The notes below the pieces were generated by a model. That model was not told the DNA's origin, did not search any database, and worked only from the letters and a program-made list of their open reading frames with translations. A stretch of DNA of 61,298 bases, counting the filler, from Sphacelaria rigidula (lineage: Eukaryota), in the NCBI GenBank assembly GCA_964200075.2. It is 3 parts of 3 records of this genome, joined end to end, with 100 filler letters (N's around TTAATTAATTAA, not from the genome) between each part and the next. Parts side by side here need not be neighbours in the genome. Positions count along the whole stretch, not along the records: positions 40,934 to 61,298 come from CAXNAA020000540.1; 2 more parts are not named here. One strand, 5' to 3'. Position 1 is the stretch's first letter, and each line of letters opens with the position of its first letter. Below are positions 53,801 through 61,298 of the stretch, one piece after another. The position numbers and the translations under genes were made by a program.

Positions 53801-56800
53801 CCCCCCTCCCCCGGCCCCTATCGAATACAAATATTGGCTCGCTCTCCTGCTATACGGTACGTGAACGACTGCAAACATCTCGGTATTCTTAATAGGCATG
53901 TAATTCTTGCGCAACGCCTAGGCAGTGTGTAATGAAAAGTACACACCCGCTGCCTGCGCACTTCCTTCCGAGTTACACGTTCCGACATCATGTGTTCACC
54001 CCGTCATCATCGTAATTCTCGCCACATGATACAATGGTTGAGGCTGGCACACTTGTATCAGTGTAGACACCCACATCCGATTTTTTCCTGCAATGACAAT
54101 CCCGAGTGCTCCTAGCATGGGCGGAATCCGTTACCTGTCTAAATCGGCACTCCAGGCGAAAGTTTGGGGACTATCAACGCACACTTTCTCTTGGATACAC
54201 TTTGCACCCCCCCTCCCCGAGGTTTCTCGGAATACCTTCGAGGGGGTTAAGGTTCGGGTTAGAGTTATGGAAGCTGGGCAGGGCAGGGTCCTTCACGTAT
54301 ATCCTCCTGCCCACCCACCCTCCACCTCTCGCACACACCGCACGCGCGCTTCCCATTTTTCATAACCTCATATATGACGAGTCTCACAGGAAAACGTGAC
54401 CCACCTCTCCGACGGAAGGCAATCGAGATCCCCCCACACACAATGCATTTGACATACCGGTGAATATCAAGGGTCGGACAAATAATGATTCGTCTGGAAA
54501 TTACCTGGTTTTCAGCGTTGCAGCCCAGGTACACGCAGCTCAGACACGTGGGATGGCGCAAAAGTTGCGTGGATACCCCTTGGACCAGCGGTCAACTTTT
54601 TTCCCCCCAACTTTTTGGCAATCAGGCCGAAGAAATCGAGGATTTGATGATTCTTAGTCGTGATAATTCGTCCTAACCGTGGTAGATATACATGTGCTGC
54701 ACTGCATCAACATCCCCGCTTCATGAAATTTGGACATCCCCGCTCGGCGCTTCATCTGCTCACCTGCAAGCCGAAACGACGATGGATGCAAATATCGCGT
54801 TTGCCCACTGGTTACTCGTCGCGGGAGAGTCGTCATCCTCTTCTCCCTCTTCGTCATGACTGTCATGCTCCTCATCGTCATGATCCTCATCGTCATGATC
54901 TTCATGGTCGTGATCGTGGTCCTCGTGCTCGTCTCCCGTCTCCGTCGCGGTAGCCTCCAGTGCGACCCCCGTAGAGTCGGACACGACAACGGGCAGCTCA
55001 TCGGAACCGTGCTCGAGCAACAGAGCCAAGCCTCCCGACAAGGTGATCGGAACGTCGACAACGGCTGCTCCCGACGCGACATCTACTCTGTACACCACGG
55101 TATCCGAGGGCGTCGCCGAGTCGCCATCGACGAGGTCTACGGGTTCCTGAGTCCCCTCCTCGTAAGCTTCCCAGGCTTTACGGGGTAATGTTTCGGGGGG
55201 AGGACGGGACGTGGAAGGAAAAAACAAGCGGGGAGAAATGATGTATCCGTTGGCTGCGGGCACTGTAGAAAAATATGTATAAAACGCGCGACCACCGACA
55301 GAGAGGCACAGCACGTCGCAACTTGCCATACTTACGTTATATATTATGTGGTACACCTTGGATACACCTTGATGTCGACATTCGCTCGTTGGTGTGGGGG
55401 AGAGGGCGATATAGGGCATGTCCTCATTGCCGACGGAATTTTACAAGGCTATGTTTTGAAGAATATACCCGGAAGTAGGGGGGGCGGGGGGGCGGTCGGT
55501 TGGCATGCTGAACCATGCCAGTATGTGTATTCAACATCCGATATTGTTCCGCACGAGATCAAGCCCTGTCCAGAACATTTACCAAATGAAGAACGCCCGG
55601 AACACCCTGGAAGTGCCCTTATTTCTTATTTCAGTCGGTGTATCCCGCAAAACGCAGCATTGGAATATATTGAAGTGACATGCCGCCATCGAAGACTCCC
55701 ATCGTAGTCAACGGACCGGGTTGAAACAACGCACTCACAGCAGGAGCGCCGTCAGAACACAAATACACACTCGGTACAGATTAGTTAAGCATGTGTTGTA
55801 GAACTACAAAAGACGACCGTAGATCTTTCGTCGAAGAGTTTACCACGGAAAAGGAATCAGGTACTGTATATTCGCTTGTCGACACTGTCCGTCGCCAGCC
55901 AGCAATTTGGTATCTCTTCTTGCGCCGCTGCTGTGTCGATACTGTACTGTTGCCCACAGCACCGGGTAAATAGACATACCGCTGTCGGTACACACGGTAA
56001 GTAGTCGGGGCATTATAACTGTACGGTATATGACGTGCATTCCCACTACTGTCCCACTTTCCATGCATCATTACACCGTACACTGTGTGATGGCATCAAT
56101 ATCGCGCCCCCTGAACCCAACGATTTCCAGCATTCGCTTTTTTACCGCTTTGATTACCAGGGCTTTTTTCACCTCAGTTCATTAGCCTGCGGAGAGACGG
56201 GCGAGCGTAGCAGGCTAAGACAGCACAAGGTTCACTCATGCGGTATGCCCGGAATGCTTCGTGCTGTCCACTTTGAGTGTACACGTGTCAGCTCTGCTTC
56301 TCGTGTGGTATTTTTGCTTGCCTTCTTCGTCGCCCCTTCCCCCGAGCTGAGCGATGTGTCCACCCCCTTGTTCACCAGGGGGGCGTCCATTATCGTGGCA
56401 CACGGCCGAAATAGTGGAGAATCATCCGTGCATGTATTTCATCAATCAATCGGGTTTGTGGGCGCTGCACGCTTGGCGTGCGAAGCCATCTTGACCCCAT
56501 TGACCACGGGGTTCTGTTTGAGTTACTTTTGGCAAAACAAGAAAAACCGTGTCGGCTGTCCGCCACGGGATTTGGGCGAAAATCCTCCCCAACACGAGCG
56601 ACTTGTCATCGAAGTGCGCGCATGGTCATCCACTCGTACAGAATGATGGATGTGCGTGAAATTGCAACGAAATCAACCGAGGACGTAGTTCACCTGCAGC
56701 GTTTTCGTATTGCATTACAGTGCAGTAGGATATTCAGGAAATTAAACAACTGCTGCCCAACTACAGACCGTACATTAAAAACATCGCATCCATTCTCTTG

Positions 56801-57730
56801 GACAACAAAGGTCGGTGGACAACTTCAGCAAAAAGCGTACCAACGCTACGCGATCTGTACAGGTCGACATGCACTGCACTAGTAGTGTGTACGTATATAC
56901 ATGATATAATCCGTACATAATCAAGCAAGAGAAATTGCAGGAGATCAAATTCGACATCAAGCATGGACGCAACCCGCTGATCGCAAACGTAACCTGGTTT
57001 TGGATACTGTCTGTTTTGTCTCACGCCTAGTCATTTGGCCGCACGGTGAACTTCGGCCTGCTATTCAATATCCCCTCGTGCCAGCATACTTGCTGTATCT
57101 TTTTTCGGCCTGGCCACCCTTCTGATCTTGGAATGCACCAGGTAATACATGAGGGGCGACACGTCGAGGCATTTAGTCGTCTTCGAGACAGGAGTCAATT
57201 GGCTCGTTCATTCACGCGCCGCTGTAACAGCGCGTCCGCATAGATAACATGGCATAATTCTCGAGCACAGCAGTAGATCAAAATGGGGAAAGAGTGCCGT
57301 AGGACATCTGCTACTACTACTCTGTGCTGATCAGTCCATCTATTTTGCTCACCAGCCACTTTCCGAGGGTCCGTTACACAGTACGACGCTAAACAGATGG
57401 TGGGGTTCTGCCACTATCCTGTTCACGGTTATGTACGGCGCCAGCCACAAATACGACAGGGGATTAGATGAGTCGACCGCTCTTACCCTCAGATGTTGCC
57501 TCTTCAGCCGACTCCAATCCTTCTTCGTCGGTCGTGTCGGTTAACGCCACCATGAATGCGAGCGTTGTTTCGCCACTGGAGTCGGCGGGACCGACCTGCA
57601 AAGTATAATCACCGGGATCCACAGCATATACATTGATTTCCTCGAAGGAATCGACGAGGACCGATTGCCCCAGCAAGATGGCAGCGGCCAACACGGCATA
57701 CCGGGCACATGTTGTATTGTTATTCCTCAT
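47454..57730 (-). CDS. ZIP (ZRT/IRT-like, SLC39, LIV-1-like) zinc/divalent metal transporter; whole gene, 4 exons, 570 aa
   Basis: Exons 57730-57487, 55175-54764, 51727-51079 and 47861-47454 join through GT-AG introns with phases 1, 2 and 0, giving 1713 nt (570 aa + stop). The protein has TM4 HNFADG and TM5 HEIPHELAD (LIV-1 consensus HEXPHEXGD), TM2 GALLATALMHILPEA, TM7 GGSFIFIALSEL and a His-rich TM3-4 loop. Confidence 0.93.
51079..51727 (-). CDS. ZIP exon 3 (TM1-TM5)
   Basis: Acceptor CAG|C TTG; contains HILPEA, HTHDHSH, GDLVHNFADG and HEIPHELADF; donor CAG|GTGCG (phase 0). Confidence 0.95.
51790..52087. repeat. ~96-bp tandem repeat x3 in ZIP intron 2
   Basis: Palindrome TGATTCGTAC-N-GTACGAATCA at 51851, 51948 and 52043. 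Confidence 0.9.
52953..53334. repeat. ~380-bp near-perfect inverted repeat (foldback) in ZIP intron 2
   Basis: GATGGAGCTTTGCATTGAGGATGAGAACCC...GGGTTCTCATCCTCAATGCAAAGCTCCATC; arms ~180 bp, loop ~15 nt near 53140. Confidence 0.9.
54764..55175 (-). CDS. ZIP exon 2 (acidic ectodomain, His/Asp/Glu tract, start of TM1)
   Basis: Acceptor TAAAG|CC TGG; encodes DEHEDHDHDHEDHDDEDHDDEEHDSHDEE then WANAIFASIVVSAC; donor AG|GTGAG (phase 2). Confidence 0.9.
57487..57730 (-). CDS. ZIP exon 1 (signal peptide and start of ectodomain)
   Basis: ATG at 57730; hydrophobic leader YAVLAAAILLGQSVLVDS; donor GAG G|GTAAGA (phase 1) matches the exon 2 acceptor. Confidence 0.8.
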
Positions 57731-58304
57731 GTTTCCCGGGCAGAGACGCGTAGATGCTGTCCTCGAGGATGTACAGTGCAGTCAGCGATGTTCGGTAGGT
57801 GGGTCTTGCAGAGTGGCGAGTCCTGAGGATTGCTGTCTCTCCGGCGAACTACGAACAACTGTAGTCGTGGTCAGAGGCAGCGTCTGAGATTCTCGTCGCC
57901 GTCGGATAAGTGCGTAATGGTTGACATACATAGTTAATTGATTATTTGAAAAATCGTCAGCGCCGCCGTCGGATAAAGAGTCGGAAACTTCATGACAAAT
58001 GCCACACGACACGCAGGAGTGATGTGAACAAAAAGGTAGGAGCTGGGGCCGACCAATGTCAAAACACTACTGACTGTACTCTCATAATAGAGTAATATAG
58101 AATTGCTGCTGTCAGTCACCCAGATGTCTGGGTTTGTTTGACACCTGGAAATGCGGCAATAGCACTAGGGTATCGTTGTGCTCGTTTTCTAGTCCATAGC
58201 GAGATGGATCTCTGGGTCCACCTCTAGCCACATGGGCTGCTGTGCTCACTCTGTTTGCGGAGAAGTTTCCCGCGGGGTTTGGTGCTCTTGAGTTTGAGCA
58301 ATAG

Positions 58305-58410
58305 TCTGTTCGGTACAAGGTCATGAGCAATCTGTACGGTACAAGGTCATGAGCAATCTGTTCGGTACAAGGTCATGAGCAATCTGTTCGGTACAAGTTC
58401 AAGCAACCTG
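58305..58410. repeat. 26-bp tandem repeat x~4 upstream of the ZIP start codon
   Basis: TCTGTTCGGTACAAGGTCATGAGCAA repeated head to tail. Confidence 0.9.
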
Positions 58411-58624
58411 TCAGATGCAGAGGGTCATATCAACATAGCAAGACAGAATTCAGGATTCGATGCTGTCACAACCCTCCGGTTGGGGGTGTACACGGGTTTC
58501 GAACATCAGGGTTTCTACTCTGCAAGGTGGGGAAAGAAGAAATTGCAGAAAGATACAGATATGCCGTGCGCATCGATGACTGTTGCTCATCTCTGCATAT
58601 CGTCGGCGGCGTACATAAAGGGAT

Positions 58625-58855
58625 TCTGGGGCAGATGAGCAGTGGTGAGCAGTAGACCCATCTTGTCCAAAACGTGTTTTGTTCCAAAACTGGCTGAAAG
58701 GCATCTATTTGAGCTCTGGCAATGCGCACTTGGCCTGGAGAACACTTTACACCCCCCTTGCCCGAGGGCTTTCGGTATGCCTTCGTCGTGGTCAGGGTGA
58801 GGGTTAGCGTTAGGGTTGGCGGCATCTCCATAGTACCAACCATTGTTGACGTACA
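58625..58855 (-). repeat. Dispersed repeat with telomere-like tract, second long copy
   Basis: Reverse complement of 13050-13280, with AGGGTGAGGGTTAGCGTTAGGGTT. Confidence 0.75.
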
Positions 58856-59044
58856 TTTCCCCAGGGTCCCGTCATTACATATAATAGAACCCACCCCCTT
58901 GGACCGCGAGGGTAGGTCAACCGCTAAATCGGCATCAATATTTACATGGAAAAAGTATGTGTGATCCAGATGAACATCCTGTCGTACACCCCTGTATCAG
59001 GAGCACTCGATGCGCTGGCTGTTCCGCCGCGTCGGGCGTTCCGC

Positions 59045-59345
59045 TATACCGTTCATGACTGAGTACTCGTAGTGGTCCGACTGTCGCCGTCAGGGTAGAG
59101 ACTTAGAGTTCGACTCCCGATGTATTCGGTTTTTTCTTCGTAGTATGTGATTTCCACCACCGTGGAAAGCGTCCATGGGAACGTGAGTAAACAAAGTAGT
59201 CAACTGAGTTTGTGTGACGTTTAGTTGACGCGGTGCGGGAGTGCTGATACCATACGCGAGACCAAAATGCAAGGCGTGTACCGGGGAGAGATAGGTTGAT
59301 CCCTTGAGACCACGGACTCGCCCCGAGGAAGGGAAGGGGTTCAAA
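59045..59345 (+). mobile_element. tRNA-headed SINE-like element, family 2
   Basis: B-box-like GAGTTCGACTCCC at 59106-59118; internal GGGA-ACGTGAGTA and CGCGGTGCGG blocks and the 3' block are shared with 5005-5375. Confidence 0.55.
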
Positions 59346-59957
59346 GTGCGACAATATTATGAATGATAAATAATAGTAAAAAAAATATAGATTACCCGCT
59401 CTTCTTTTGGCGGTTCCAGTAAGATTCAGACCTGGGTGATTATTATGGGAATATGTGTGTGACAAGCTGGGGGTTGTGATTTTTTCGCCCCCATAAGCGG
59501 TGCATTGAATATTGCCACTACACGGACGCCACAGTAGTCAGGGGTACACCTACTCGTAGCTCTCCCGAAATCTGCGACACTTTCGATTTCTCCGAAGTTT
59601 TCTTGAACCTTTGACCGCCGAAAACCTTACCGAGATCGCTCCTAGAAGATCGCCCCTAATACCATTCCGCAAGAAACGGCGACTTCGGCCATATTGAAAA
59701 CGCCATATTATGTTATGGTGATGAGGGGTCCGGGACTCAAAATTCTACCGAAGGGTGTGATCGGGGATAAGTGGCTGATACTGTACGGAAGTACGATAAA
59801 CCAAAATAGACCCAGATCGCACTGTTACTTGCTACTATATTTAAATGATGCGATCTGCTGACAACTACAGCAGTAGGTTACGGACGAATTAGGCACATTT
59901 TCGCAATGTACGTGCAGAATAACATTTTTAATGCCCATCCATCTTTGTAGCCACCGG

Positions 59958-60132
59958 TTAACCCTCAGACCGCGAGTTTTGTCTTCTGTTGAATCGGCAT
60001 CAATTTCAAGTGAAAACAAGTATGCATGATCCAGGAAGACTAATCTCGCGGTATAAGGGTACTCTGGATCATGCATACTTGTTTTCACTTGAAATTGATG
60101 CCGATTCAACAGAAGACTAACCTTGCGGTTCA
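59958..60132. mobile_element. Inverted pair of piggyBac-like MITE units (hairpin)
   Basis: TTAA|CCCTCAGACCGCGAG...CTCGCGGTATAAGGG followed at once by the reverse complement of the same core. Confidence 0.7.
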
Positions 60133-60778
60133 GAAAATATGGAAGTGATATTGGATCAGGTGCCTCGCTTGATGTCATACTCCATTTTGAATGGCCATGC
60201 ACCATGGCGTGAATTGTGCTGAGTTGAGCGTCAGGAGAGCACGTCCTCATTGAAAGAGGGGTGACCATACCAGCACGGGATGCTGGTAGTACAGGCTACT
60301 AATATGAATGGGGCATTCCGATGGCAAAGAAGATATGTCTCTGCGTCGATCGGTGGCGCTATAAATAAGAGTTGCGGGGAAACTCAACATTTATTTCAGT
60401 ACCAGAACAACAAGAGAAGAACTCCAGGGCGGAAGCTTTCAAAAACTTCAGGATAGAAGGTGAAAACTTTCGGACGGAAGCTGATTGACGTGACGTGAAT
60501 TGCATGACGTTACTTCAATTGTTCGCAGTATTGGTGATTGACGGTAGGATGCCCCACGAAATGCGCGATTATATCCATTCGAGTCGATATGGCGAGAGGC
60601 CGGCACAGCACTGCACAGTAGCGAGTCTCTTCTAGTACGGACAGTGCATTAATAGAGAGTTTCGGAAAATATTTTTTATTTTTTCGCATCTTAGAGTCAG
60701 CGTGGAAGGTAAAATGGCCGGTACACACACACGCGGCCATCCGGCTACCCCCATGAACATCCTCCATCGCGATTTTCA

Positions 60779-61053
60779 TCCTCTCGAGGGTAAAGTGGCC
60801 CTCCAGAGGGTAATTTATACTCAGTTCCTGTCATGAAACGAATCCTCTGGAGGGCATCTGATGCTCCAGTGACTTCTGAAGCCTGAATCCCTCCAGAGTA
60901 ACCACAAAGATGGTGCTCTGGAGGGCTGCGCATCCTCCAAGTTCCTCCAGAGGGTGCGCGGCCCTCCAGAGGCAAAACAAATCTCTAGAGGTGTTCGATC
61001 CCATCCCTCTGGAGAACCGCGTACCCGCTAGAGGCGTTTCATTCCTCTGGAGG
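60779..61053. repeat. Cluster of ~11 short quasi-palindromic CCTC(C/T)(A/G)GAGG motifs
   Basis: CCCTCCAGAGGG and CCTCTGGAGGG recur in both orientations with variable spacers. Confidence 0.75.
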
Positions 61054-61298
61054 CTCGAAAAGTTGACCGGAACAGAGTATTTATGGGGGTAGCCGAATGG
61101 TCGCGTGTGTAGTGGTGCACGTTCCGCTATGAAAGTTTTCAAGAACGAATTTTTCAGAGTGAGAGGTCGGTTTGGACCTCTCCACTCTGAAAATCGGTGT
61201 AACGGAACCAAGGGTCTATCGAAAGAAAAAAGTCGGACACTGAGCCCTCCCCCCCTTCCCCCCCCCCCTCCCGGAGGACAATTTTTCGAAAATTGTCA

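Noticed and set aside
54660..55188. Plus-strand hydrophobic or His/Arg-rich ORFs
   Set aside because: Antisense shadows of the His/Asp-rich ZIP exon 2.

Overview
Eukaryotic, intron-rich, repeat-dense nuclear DNA. The intron style, (CA)n/(CAA)n/(TCAA)n-tailed repeats and TTAGGG-type motifs suggest a brown alga (Phaeophyceae); this is inference, not a database result. Almost all ORFs in the six-frame track are spurious or are exon fragments. Two minus-strand genes can be rebuilt by hand with phase-consistent GT-AG introns. The first is a 4-exon, 570-aa ZIP/SLC39 (LIV-1-like) metal transporter at 57730-47454, with a signal peptide, an acidic ectodomain and three His-rich tracts. The second is a ~13-exon, ~520-aa coiled-coil protein at ~33385-26925. 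Weaker evidence points to plus-strand exons at ~13.7-25.4 kb and ~34-36.3 kb. The rest is non-autonomous mobile DNA: ~100-bp TTAA/CCC...GGG piggyBac-like MITEs in tandem and inverted arrays, three TTA-joined Harbinger-like foldback MITEs nested at one site, two tRNA-derived SINE families, a dispersed repeat carrying telomere-like hexamers, long intronic hairpins and minisatellites. There are three assembly gaps. No CRISPR array, rRNA, genuine tRNA gene or intact transposase/RT was seen. I cannot show a wholly new system; the best leads are the ZIP ectodomain and its possible regulation, and the self-targeting MITE arrays.
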